Source: Macrostomum lignano
Lineage: Eukaryota
Direction: 5' to 3'
Length of the DNA: 64,000 bases
Assembly (NCBI GenBank): GCA_002269645.1
Contig: NIVC01003229.1
Location: forward strand, 1-64,000
Shown: one piece after another, positions 47,701 to 58,086 of the stretch
How positions within the stretch are numbered: the first letter of the stretch is position 1
Layout: the number at the start of each line of letters is the position of its first letter
Notes under the pieces: generated by a model
Databases searched by the model: none
Told to the model about the DNA's origin: nothing
Seen by the model: the letters and a program-made list of their open reading frames with translations, nothing else
Made by a program: the position numbers and the translations under genes

Positions 47701-48335
47701 CTTTATCTCTTACCCCTTCATCTTTCACACTTCCATCTCTCACCCTTCATTTTTCACCCTTTAATCTCTCACACCCCTTAATCTCTCACCCCTTAATCTC
47801 TCACACTTCCATCTCTCACCCCCTTAACGTCTCACCCCTTAATCTCTCATCCATTAATATCTCACACTTCCATCTCTCACCCTTCATCTCTCACCCCTTA
47901 ATCTTACACCCCTTCCTATCTCACCCCTTTATCTCTCACCCCTTCATCTCCCACCCCTTCATCTCCCACCCCTTTATCTCTCACGCTTCCATCTCTCACC
48001 CTTTTATCTCTCACCCTTCATCTCTCCCCCCTTCTCTTATTTTCTAAAACTTCATTTCTCATTCTATACTCTAAACAATGAACAATCCGACACACATTGA
48101 AATAATTTCAATTATGATAGTTTCTGTGTCTGCACTAAGTTTATCTGAAACCATGCAATCAATGGCAAATTGATGTATTGATAAATCACGTGCTAAAAAT
48201 AGTTAATTTTGAGTAGCCATACTACAGAATTGGGTATACTTGTAACAGGAAGCAAAATGAGAATAAACTGAATGAAAACTCACTTGTGTCATTGTCCCAC
48301 TGAGCCTCATCAACAGAGTAACGATGCGCTGCCAT
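35712..48335 (-). CDS. SLCO: Organic anion transporting polypeptide (SLCO/OATP family), 6 exons, about 747 aa
   Basis: Exons (minus): 48284-48335, 45050-45210, 41903-42350, 39872-40707, 38803-38990, 35712-36270; total 2244 nt, in frame. Motifs: IERRFDLQS, YDIG, AQLLHGMGGAP, YLDDN, WVGAWWIG, Kazal-like CNYNCSC...DPVC...FSPCFAGC, RLLGSIPAPLLLGRLIDTTC. The first exon is least certain. Confidence 0.93.
36300..36725 (+). repeat. 30-bp minisatellite CTAAGGTCTACAGGTAGGTTTAGGTTGGAG
   Basis: Tandem units in the last SLCO intron. Confidence 0.93.
37250..38228 (-). repeat. 20-bp minisatellite GGCGC(T/C)CCTGTCTCTTGGTG (reverse of the 15420 family)
   Basis: Tandem units; source of the six long TKRQ/WWA ORFs. 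Confidence 0.95.
39125..39790 (+). repeat. 21-bp minisatellite ATAGATTTCCATTTTGGCCCC
   Basis: Tandem units in SLCO intron 4. Confidence 0.95.
40820..41872 (+). repeat. 31-bp minisatellite CACACGATCCCAGATTGAGTGATTCAGGTA(G/A)
   Basis: Tandem units filling SLCO intron 3. Confidence 0.95.
42451..45035 (+). repeat. 14-16-bp minisatellite GCACCA(A)GGGGCTTTA with higher-order duplication
   Basis: About 2.6-kb array filling SLCO intron 2. ORFs 43156 and 44216 are near-identical, giving a 1060-bp higher-order period. Confidence 0.96.
45815..46135 (+). repeat. 42-bp minisatellite CAGTCCAGCCACCCTGACATCCGTT(T/C)ATAGACCTCTGACATC
   Basis: About seven tandem copies in SLCO intron 1. Confidence 0.93.
46850..48030 (+). 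repeat. 15-bp pyrimidine-rich minisatellite ATCTCTCAC(C/A)C(C/T)T(T/C)(C/A)
   Basis: Tandem variants; a distinctive block recurs at about 47096 and 47351 (255-bp period). Confidence 0.92.
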
Positions 48336-49562
48336 TTCGGATTCCCCTAAAGTTTGTTAGAAGCTTTTATTAGAATCTTATATCTGAAATTTATCATAAT
48401 TTTGATATTCGACACAGAAAGAGTTCTCTCATCTACAAAAAAATCGAATTTGTGAGCATACTCACGCCAGTCTCCAGAGAGCGGAGAAAACCAAGGCAAA
48501 AATCTTCTGGAATTCACTTCCTCTGCAGCGGGAAACCAGTTCTGTCCAGAGTCTTCTAGTCTTTAGGGGCGTTTGCTCAATCAACAATGCCCGACGGCAG
48601 AGAGAGAGAGAGACTTGGCACTAAAATAGAGTTGAGTTGCGGTCGCCCCCGACACGCTGCCCAAGGGCTGCGGCCAATCCTGGGCGAGCTCAGGGTCTCC
48701 TGTGCACACTCAGCGCTTAGTAAGTTTTATTATTAAACATGGAGGTCAGGCGGTTTTCAGTTTCATAAATAACTACAGCTGGCCGCTCTGTTGTCCAATT
48801 AAACCTCGCTGTTAAATCTGGCAAGCCATGACTCAATGTAAAAAAAATTATTTTTCAACTCGACTCAACTGTGAAAATAACAACAGGGCTGTGGACGCCC
48901 TAGTTCACCGTCCCACAACTGCAGCGCTGAGGCGATTCTGCCCACTCCGCTCACTCGTGAGCACATACAAGCGCGCCAGTACTGTACGCAGACACGCACT
49001 CACACACACGCTCACACAGGGTGTAACACCGACAAAAATGACTTTTCAATCGTCAGTAATGTACACCTTGGGCGCCTTAGGCAGCGCAAGAGATTGAACC
49101 AGCTGGGTCGCGTTCGACGCTGAGCTGCTCTGGAAATTGCGCAGTTAGAAATCCAGAGCTTGAAATTATTCAAAAATTAATTTATCGAATAGGGCCCAAG
49201 TTCAGTCCAGGAATTCTTTAATTCATCAAAATATTCCCTTACTAATAAAAGAAGGAACACAGTCATTGCTTTCAGCCAATGAGTTTATTTCAAATTTTGT
49301 TTGATTACATTGCAATTTGAAATAAAATGTTTTTTTCAAGAGGCTTAAATATTTTTTTTTCAAAAACATTTTCTTGTTTTACTGTGTTATGAAAAGTAGA
49401 TTCAAAATAGCATTGAATGGAATTTATCCAACTGTATTAAAGAATGCGGCAAGAGTTTCTTGTAACTCACTTGAAATATTAGAACCGATTGAAAATTAGC
49501 CAGCCAATTTTTGTAAACTCGATATTTTTTCAAAATTTTCAAGAAAAGAGTCAGAAAGCACC
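48336..49562. promoter_or_regulatory. Divergent intergenic region between SLCO and WSC gene 1
   Basis: Head-to-head ATGs at 48335 (-) and 49563 (+); GGCCAATC box near 48675. Function is inferred from position. Confidence 0.35.
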
Positions 49563-52172
49563 ATGTGGGCACACAAACTGCTCTTATTAGCTTTGATTCC
49601 AATTTTTGGCAGCTTCGAAGCTGACGCCGCACTCACAAGGCCGGACTGTAAGGATTAATCATTTTTTTCTGGCTGCATTCTTTGTTCGATGCAACTTCTG
49701 CTTAAAATAGCTAAAATTAATGTCGAGATGTCATGAGCTCAATGCTAGTTGCTGGGAGTCAGGAGCTCAATGCTAGTTGCTGGGAGTCAGGAGCTCAATG
49801 CTAGTTGCTGGGAGTCAGGAGCTCAATGCTAGTTGCTGGGAGTCAGGAGCTCAATGCTAGTTGCTGGGAGTCAGGAGCTCAATGCTAGTTGCTGGGAGTC
49901 AGGAGCTCAATGCTAGTTGCTGGGAGTCAGGAGCTCAATGCTAGTTGCTGGGAATCAGGAGCTCAATGCTAGTTGCTGGGAGTCAGGAGCTCAATGGTAG
50001 TTGCTGGGATTCAGGAGCTCAATGGTAGTTGCTGGGATTCAGGAGCTCAATGGTAGTTGCTGGGATTCAGGAGCTCAATGCTAGTTGCTGGGAGTCAGGA
50101 GCTCAATGCTAGTTGCTGGGAGTCAGGAGCTCAATGGTAGTTGCTGGGATTCAGGAGCTCAATGGTAGTTGCTGGGAGTCAGGAGCTCAATGCTAGTTGC
50201 TGGGAGTCAGGAGCTCAATGCTAGTTGCTGGGAGTCAGGAGCTCAATGGTAGTTGCTGGGATTCAGGAGCTCAATGCTAGTTGCTGGGAATCAGGAGCTC
50301 AATGCTAGTTGCTGGGAGTCAGGAGCTCAATGCTAGTTGCTGGGAGTCAGGAGCTCAATGGTAGTTGCTGGGATTCAGGAGCTCAATGGTAGTTGCTGGG
50401 ATTCAGGAGCTCAATGGTAGTTGCTGGGAGTCAGGAGCTCAATGGTAGTTGCTGGGATTCAGGAGCTCAATGGTAGTTGCTGGGATTCAGGAGCTCAATG
50501 CTAGTTGCTGGGAATCAGGAGCTCAATGCTAGTTGCTGGGAGTCAGGAGCTCAATGCTAGTTGCTGGGAGTCAGGAGCTCAATGGTAGTTGCTGGGATTC
50601 AGGAGCTCAATGGTAGTTGCTGGGATTCAGGAGCTCAATGGTAGTTGCTGGGATTCAGGAGCTCAATGGTAGTTGCTGGGATTCAGGAGCTCAATGGTAG
50701 TTGCTGGGATTCAGGAGCTCAATGGTAGTTGCTGGGATTCAGGAGCTCAATGCTAGTTGCTGGGAATCAGGAGCTCAATGCTAGTTGCTGGGAGTCAGGA
50801 GCTCAATGCTAGTTGCTGGGAGTCAGGAGCTCAATGGTAGTTGCTGGGATTCAGGAGCTCAATGGTAGTTGCTGGGATTCAGGAGCTCAATGCTAGTTGC
50901 TGGGAATCAGGAGCTCAATGCTAGTTGCTGGGAGTCAGGAGCTCAATGCTAGTTGCTGGGAGTCAGGAGCTCAATGGTAGTTGCTGGGATTCAGGAGCTC
51001 AATGGTAGTTGCTGGGATTCAGGAGCTCAATGGTAGTTGCTGGGAGTCAGGAGCTCAATGGTAGTTGCTGAGATTCAGGAGCTCATATCAGCTAAGTGGT
51101 ATTGGATGAATGAGTCCAATTTATTATAACAGTGTTAAAAGTCATTCAAAGCATTTGCTGGCTGAACTTGCTACCCAAACAGGGAATTACATCGGCTGCT
51201 TCCGGAATACGGCGGTGGACTTTGCAAAGGTTCAGCCCAGCTCCGCTGTGAAGATGACTCGAGAAGTCTGCCGAAGTGAATGCATTCGGCGAGGCAAAAC
51301 ATTTTTCGGTCTTAGCGGCGGCGCTGAGTGCAGCTGTAGCGACCTGTTCCAGAAGAAAGACGAGAAGGATGCTTGGTTCTGCAAGCTGCGCTGCGAAGGC
51401 GACAGCTCACAGACTTGCGGCGGGCCTGATTTTACAGACGTTTTTCAGGCATATAATCTGCTCGTGCCGAAAATGCCAGGTGAGTGGGGCAATTTTCGAA
51501 TCTGTAATGGATGAAAACTTTTTTTTCAGTAGGCCGTTGTCCTATTGAATAGAATAATCCGACACATTTTTTGGCTTTGGATTTTTAAAGAATTTTTAGC
51601 ACTAAATTTCCAATTTTTCGCTTTCTGGACTTACATATCGAAAAATCAAGCAAGTGTGTGTTTTTTATAATACCGCTGTGGACTCTGTGTGAGCGTGTGC
51701 ATGAGTGTGTTCCTTAATTTTGCTGCAATTACTATTAGCCTGATTGTTGTTTTAGGATTATTCAATATCAAGGTCACTCATATGTCTCAATTGCATTCCG
51801 AATCAATTTAACTAACTTCTATAGGCGATATCTACCTAATCCAATTCCAATGACCTTTTTTCGACCTTGACGATCCAATTTGTAGCACAAAGAATCGGTT
51901 GCTTTCCGAAAGACGGCTACGGTTCATTCAGACTGACTCAGAGAGCCAAAAATAGATTCATGACTCATGAATATTGCGCCAATGTCTGTCTTCAGACAAA
52001 AAGCAAATACTTCGGCTTGTCTGACACTGACACCTGCTCTTGTGCACGCTCCAATACTACGGAAGTCTACGAAAGTACCGACTGCGGCTGGCGTTGCAGG
52101 GGCAACTATGCCGAAGACTGCGGCGCTGACAGCAGCGTGGCGGTGTTTAAGCTGGAGGAAATGTATGTCTAG
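49563..52172 (+). CDS. Secreted protein with two WSC domains (WSC gene 1), 3 exons, about 222 aa
   Basis: Exons 49563-49647 (signal peptide MWAHKLLLLALIPIFG), 51183-51479 and 51886-52172; phase-1 junctions. WSC cysteine pattern YIGCF...C...C...FFGL...C.C...C...C.G...CGG occurs twice. Confidence 0.85.
49735..51085 (+). repeat. 28-bp minisatellite GAGCTCAATG(C/G)TAGTTGCTGGGA(G/T)TCAG
   Basis: Tandem units filling WSC gene 1 intron 1. Confidence 0.96.
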
Positions 52173-52759
52173 CTGCATTGGCTAGAAGCTTTGTAAGACG
52201 CAAAAACGACAACTAACTGTCTCAGCTGCTCTGTTAAGGTCTTTTAAGGTCTAAAATTAAATATATATAATCAACTAAATTTCAAGCCAATTCCGAACTA
52301 AGTCTTCAATGAAATTGTGTTTGCTTATTATTAATTTTGCTATCCACTGATCCAGATCCTAAGACAAATGCAGGACCGTCCGAATTTTATTACCGACATA
52401 AGAATAGTTTATGAATTCAAGATACTGTATGGCTTAACTTGAAATTAAATAATCCAAGTCAACTCCAATCTTTGCACAAGTATGGGGTCAATTTATACTT
52501 GGCAACACTGAAAATCGCCACCCCTGACGCAATGTGCCTGGGTGAGAGTTGGAAAACCTTGCGTCATTGCAGTGTAGTGAACTGAATTAAGTCAATCGCT
52601 CTGTCTAACACCCTAGAGTGGCGGTTTTCAATGCCATTGAGTGTATGTGTATACAGTATATCACGAACTTCTCTTAAACAAATGCTTAAATAAATGCTTA
52701 ATCCACATGGCTCTAGAAAACATGCGAGTTTAAATACACGAGTACATGTGTCGACGTGC

Positions 52760-52865
52760 CATCGGGGAAGCGCAAATTTGCCAGCAGACGCTAATCATTG
52801 TCTCTATTGACTTTCGAAAAGCGTTCGATTCGGTGTTGAAAGCTACGCTCCCCGTCTCCCGATAG
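52760..52865 (+). mobile_element. Non-LTR retrotransposon RT fragment (RTE-like)
   Basis: Plus-strand translation QTLIIVSIDFRKAFDSVL matches the non-LTR RT DFxKAFDSV motif. Confidence 0.7.
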
Positions 52866-53262
52866 TCCAAAGGCAGAGCAGCTGGTGGTAAACGCATCTG
52901 ATTCTCGTACCGCGGACCAAGGTTCGATTCGGTACTCGGCCACATTAATTTGAGGCTTGTGCACAAAAAATTGGTCTGGGAGTTGTGCGATTCACGGGCA
53001 TGAGGGCCGACGGTCAAGGCGCAGAGAGTTGATATTTTTGACGATTAGAAAGACTAGGCCCTTGTACATCTTGTGTGATCGTGTGTATGAGTGAGTGCCC
53101 GCTAGCTTAACTTTACTGAGCTGCAGGGTGGTCCGTAGACACTGCTTGGAAGCGAGGGTCGCCCATTCCGCTGGCCCACGAAGACTGGCAGAGGCTTGGG
53201 GCCGGTCAGGGTCGTCCGCCAGTCCGTCCTGCAGCGTGACATTCCGTAGGGAAGAACTTGGC

Positions 53263-54480
53263 TCATCTTGTCGCCCGGAGGAACTTTCTGAGCCGTGGGA
53301 TGCTGTCGAGCTGGCAGACCTTGTCAATAGAAAGGCTCGGCCCGAGGTAGCGTAGCCGGTCTCTGTTGAAGAAAGGGCACTGACAGACAAAGTGCTGAGC
53401 ATCTTCGTTGTCGTATTCGAAAATAGAACAAAGTTTGCTCTCGAGATCGCCTTGGAGAAAAAAGTGACTGGCTAGATAGCCATGCCCGGTAAAGGTCATG
53501 ACAAGGGCTCGAATATTGGTTGAGAAGGACATTCCTGGGCCTTCGAGAGGGGGGCACAAAACCGCGGCACAAAAGCGTGGGACGTGATAGGTGGGGTGCT
53601 TGCCTATCTGTCCCAGTGAACGGAATCAGCCCAGTCGTCCATCTGACGATTAGGATTAGAAAGGATTAGGGACCAGGGGCTCAGGGCCGCCTACGAAGGA
53701 GCCAGAGCCGCTCGTTTTGGTGAGGTTGTCTTCCGAGGTTGAAACCCTGCCTGCCCTGGAATCCACTTCAGTCGGACAGTATTGCTACTGGCCGGGAGGT
53801 TAAGCTGCTGGGTGCAGTCAGTGACTGTCTTAGTGGTGTGGCAAAGGGCCTGTAAGGCCACTTGGCTGTCAGAGTCGATGACGATATTCTCTCCTCTTGT
53901 ACCCTCGGCATTCAGCTCTGTAGCACAGGAGCTGACAGCAAGGACTTTGTTCTGGAAGACCGTGGAGAGTCTGCCAGTGTGCTGTCATGCGTGGCAATGA
54001 CGCGGCCGTTGATGATGATACAAACCCCAAAGCCAGCGTAGTGTCTTTGATGGATTCGTCCGTGTACTCGTAACAGTGGACCTCCTGAAAATTCCAGTGG
54101 TCAGTGACAGCATCCCTTGAGGGGATGGTGACCTTGTAGCGCTGAAAGAGGTTAAAAGTGCTTAGCACACTGTCAAATAAGACGTGGAACCCGCCGCCAT
54201 TCTCAAGTATTTGAGGCAGAGGTCGGCGTGAGGAAGGAGCTTGCGCTTAGCCATGGCCCTATCAGACAGTAGTAGCGGCAGCAAAAGTTATTGAGCTCAG
54301 ACTGCGAAGCAAACACATGCGCGAGGCGGCATCAGCAAAAATCTGCATGCGACCAGGAAGGTGAAGGCCTCCAAACTGATGATGTTCCTGATGCAAAGCA
54401 GAGCCACAGTCTGGTTTAAGCAGCGTTGAAGGCCTGCGATTCCTCCAACACCTGTAGGAACCGCGGGTCACAACAGCTCA
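53263..54480 (-). mobile_element. Degenerate 3' part of an RNase H-bearing LINE (I/R1/LOA group)
   Basis: Frameshifted RNase H motifs (YTDES, TVFQ, IVIDSDSQVAL, WIPG) followed by C-terminal TGHGYLASH...EDAQHFVCQCP. Confidence 0.78.
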
Positions 54481-54499
54481 GCCAGCCGATTGGTCATGC

Positions 54500-55200
54500 C
54501 AGCCGCTGCGGTGCTGTCGCTGTAAATGACAATCTTGCAGGTTGTTGAGCTGAAAGCGACGGTGCAGGATAATCAGCAAAGGTGCCAGAGCCTCCTTGAA
54601 ATTGATATGAACATCCTTGAACACACCACCACAGTCCAGGTCCCAGTCGATGATACTTTAGAAACTCTCGGCACCCCAGATGACAGCGGCTATGCCTGCC
54701 CGGCTGTTGTCAGTCTCCATGGCAAACTCCTCATCGAAGCGCGCGGCCACAAAGCAACCGGGGAGCCAAGCCAGGAATCTGAGTCACCAAGAAAGGTTGG
54801 CGCGGGTCTCATCGGTCATCCAAAGCTTGCACTCAACAGCTGTCAGCCAGTCGAAGAGCGGGCGCAGGAAGACTCTGACATGAGGAACAATCTGACAGAA
54901 CCAGCCAAGGTTGCCAATAAACTTCTGAGCAGAGCGCAGGTGCACCCAAGTCTCCAAGCAGGTCTGCCAGCTGCTGGTCAGTGCAGTACTTGGTGTGCTT
55001 CTGCTGGTCGTAGCAGTCGTTGACAGACTGGCCGGTCGGATAGGACAGGTCATAAATCAAGCGGACCCTCCCGTCGGACTTGGGAACGGCGCCGATTGGG
55101 ATGGCTTTGATTGGGCCGCTCCACCGAATGTATCGAATGCACCGATAACGCGTTGCATCAGAAAGTCGCGGTCTGGGTCATCGCTGAGCAGAGCACTCCA
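54500..55200 (-). mobile_element. DIRS/Ngaro-type retrotransposon RT and RNase H fragment
   Basis: PIGAVPKSDGRVRLIYDLSYPTGQSVND (DIRS RT) followed by HINFKEALA and IVIYSDSTAA (DIRS RNase H); multiple frameshifts. Confidence 0.75.
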
Positions 55201-55364
55201 GGCGTCGGGTTGCAGGTCAGACGAGATGAGCAGCGAAGAAATAAAATGGGCTTTATTTTATCTTTAAGAAGTAAAGTAAGACGTAGAATTTCTTAGCTGT
55301 CAAGGCCCATGGCAATGGGGCGTGAACTGCTGAGTTGTCGAGGCTGATGGGGTTATATCCAAAA

Positions 55365-55720
55365 TGGGGTTGGGGTTGCGGTCAGGGTTGGGGTTGCGGT
55401 CGGGGTTGGGGTTGCTGTCGGGGTTGGGGTTGCGGTCGGGGTTGGGGTTGCAGTCAGGGTTGGGGTTGCGGTCGGGGTTGGGGTTGCGGTCGGGGTTGGG
55501 GTTGCGGTCAGGGTTGGGGTTGCTGTCGGGGTTGGGGTTGCGGTCGGGGTTGGGGTTGCAGTCAGGGTTGGGGTTGCGGTCGGGGTTGAGGTTGCGGTCA
55601 GGGTTGGGGTTGCGGTCAAGGTTGGGGTTGCGGTCGGGGTTGGGGTTGCGGTCAGGGTTGGGGTTGCGGTCGGCGTTGGGGTTGCGGTCAGGGTTGGGGT
55701 TGCGGTCAAGGTTGGGGTTA
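55365..55720 (+). repeat. 18-bp G-rich minisatellite GGGTTGGGGTTGCGGTC(A/G)
   Basis: About 20 tandem units; source of the NPDRNP/TATP ORFs. Confidence 0.95.
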
Positions 55721-56143
55721 AAGCATAAAAGAATCCGCAAAGGAACAAAGAAATTTGGCGTCATTCTAAAGCGGCATGTTTCTTATTTCTAATAAATTAA
55801 TTTCCCAAGCCATGGGAGAAGTGGGGTTGCTACAGATGAAGGCTGCCTTGAAGGTTTATGATGAAATGACCGAAATTCACGCGATAAAAGTTTTTTTTTT
55901 AGAAAAAAGAAACGTACCACTTTAAAAAGTTATAGACGTTCTGTTTGCAGCCGTTTCCAATCCTGCTCGCAATAAATTTTTAACTTTCAGAATTTTCCGG
56001 ATACTCCTCGTATGAGAAAATACTGAAGTTACTTACTAGCTATATGAGCGGGTATAATTTCAAGCATAATTTGGGAAATTTTTGTATATAAAACAAAGCC
56101 AATGTCTGGCACTCCTTGTGGTTATTACGATGTTTAAGCCTAA

Positions 56144-56437
56144 GGAGGTTGAAACCCAGTGGTCAGAGCGTCGGACTCGCGACTTGAAGGTCGGGGGTTC
56201 GATTTCCAATCCCAACTGGAACACTTTGTGTCCTTCAGCAAGACACTTAATTCTGCATTGCTTCAGTTCACCCAGCTGTAAAATGGGTGCCAGCATTAGC
56301 TGGGGTAATTGAGGGTGTGCGTGGCGACCCCCCAGTCCTTGGACAGCCTTACGCAGCCTTCAGATGCGCAGCGCAAAAGCCCAGCTGAGCTGTCGGTTGC
56401 ACATCTGGCCCAATTAGGCGGCAGGTGTTATTATTAG
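56144..56437 (+). mobile_element. tRNA-derived SINE with CORE-like central domain
   Basis: Box A-like TGGTCAGAGCG and box B-like GGTTCGATTTCC, then TGTGTCCTTCAGCAAGACACTTAA...CTGTAAAATGGG resembling the CORE/MIR domain; short TTA tail. Boundaries approximate. Confidence 0.6.
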
Positions 56438-56714
56438 TGGTTCCGTTTTTTGTCTGTTTATTTGATGACTAAGTGCCCTTAACTAGTCGTATGAATTGAA
56501 TTCATATAGCTCTGAGGTGATTATGTCAAAAAAATTACAAAATAAGTCAACACGGAGTGTAACTCAATTGCATAATTTTTTTATGCAGATCTTAAATATT
56601 TTAGATTGTACTCAGCACTGTTTGTAGCGCTTGAACATTTCTATTTTGCTGTTAGACATGGTGTTAAAATTTCTGTCAAATTCGAATTATTTAGTAGCTA
56701 CTCAGGGCTCAGGT

Positions 56715-58086
56715 CTATATCTCTTCAGTAAGCAACTCGAATATTTCCATTGCGATTGAACCGCCACACTTTTGTCCAAAATGGTAATTCTTGCATTGGG
56801 CATTGCAATATTTCTTCTTGTCTAATGGCGCTTTGTTTAGTATTTCATCGCCACAGAAGCATAGGTCCCCATTTGCTAGACCAAAATATTTGTATGAATA
56901 TTTCAAGCAGCTTTCAGCACACGTTTTTTGGCTCATCAGTTTGAAAGTTTCTTCAACTTTGTAATGTAGTATTACTTCATCTTTTCTCCAGTAAAAACAT
57001 CCCAATGATGGCGCTTAAAGGACCACAAAAGTGTGACTCTGTATATTTTCGACAGCTAAAGCAAACGGCTACGGTTTGTAGAAATGGCTATCCGCTTACC
57101 TGGCAGTACTGGAACCACAGTATTTTGCATTTTGTAGACGCTCAAAAATGTTTGCCACCACAAGATTTTGCGGCGTCTCCCGGACACCTAAGATCGCAAA
57201 AAAAATCACCATCAGATTTGATCTGATTTGGTTTCCGCAGTAACAACTTTCTTTTTGTATTCCAAAATATTTTTTACTATTTTTTTCACATTCCGATGCG
57301 CATAGAAACGGCCTCATGCTGGAGTCTTTAGCGACGAATCGATCTAAAGCTTGCCCATGCTTAGAATGGAATAACAACCCTTATAGTATTCTTCTGAAAT
57401 GGGTTGGTAACGAGTTCAATTTTGATTGTTAGAAAACGTACCGGCAGGTTTAGAGATTTAATAGACACTTACTTTTCAGATCTGAAATTAAGATGGGAGC
57501 TCTGTAATTGTTTGTAAAATCTATATATTTAAAATACCGGTGCTCCGAAGTAAAACACAAAGTCAAAATAAAAATCAGACGCGTAGTCAGAATTTTTTCA
57601 CGGGGGATACAACTGGTGAGACTACCGATTATTAGTACTGCTTAAGGTAACTTTCATTAAAATTAAGATGTATGAGTACTACAATATAATACAGGGTGGC
57701 CCACGCAACGCGCCAATTTTGTCAACATTTTTGCGAATGACACAAGTTATTAACGTTTTACTTTGAATCGCGCGTTACGTGGGCCACCCTGTATAATATA
57801 CAATATATAATAACTGCAAAGCTAATGCTAAAATAATTGATAAAAAACTTAACTTTGCAAAATTACCTTCACTTAGTAGCTAATCTAGCAAATAAATACC
57901 CATTTTGCATTGGAATGACGAGTAGACACTTACCGTAGTGGCCTGAAAATTAAAGGCAGAGCCAGTTTAATTCTAATGCATAGCTTCATAAAATAAAATC
58001 CATACTAGTCTAGATAAAAGAGACTTACCTCCGAAGACGCTTGAACTCGCAGCAAAAAGGATCAGAGCAAGAGTTGAGAACTGCAT
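56715..58086 (-). CDS. Secreted double-WSC protein (WSC gene 2); first WSC exon has three 1-nt frameshifts (pseudogene or assembly error)
   Basis: Exons (minus): 58029-58086 (signal peptide MQFSTLALILFAASSSVFG), candidate micro-exons 57934-57942 and 57473-57481, 57100-57393 and 56715-57013; all junctions phase 1. Two WSC cysteine patterns; same architecture as gene 1. Confidence 0.75.
57473..57481 (-). CDS. Candidate 9-nt micro-exon ATCTGAAAA
   Basis: TAATTTCAG|ATCTGAAAA|GTAAGTGTCTA on the minus strand; symmetric phase 1. Confidence 0.55.
57692..57791. mobile_element. 100-bp Tc1/mariner-derived MITE
   Basis: 21-bp TIR CAGGGTGGCCCACG(C/T)AACGCG with one mismatch, TA on both sides. Confidence 0.85.
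57934..57942 (-). CDS. Candidate 9-nt micro-exon GCCACTACG
   Basis: TAATTTTCAG|GCCACTACG|GTAAGTGTCTA on the minus strand; symmetric phase 1. Confidence 0.55.

Noticed and set aside
52503-52635. Imperfect inverted repeat (about 16 of 20 matches) suggesting a small MITE
   Set aside because: Ends and TSD cannot be defined; too degraded to call.
56144-56215. tRNA gene
   Set aside because: A and B boxes are present but I cannot fold a complete cloverleaf, and it runs into a CORE-like SINE body.
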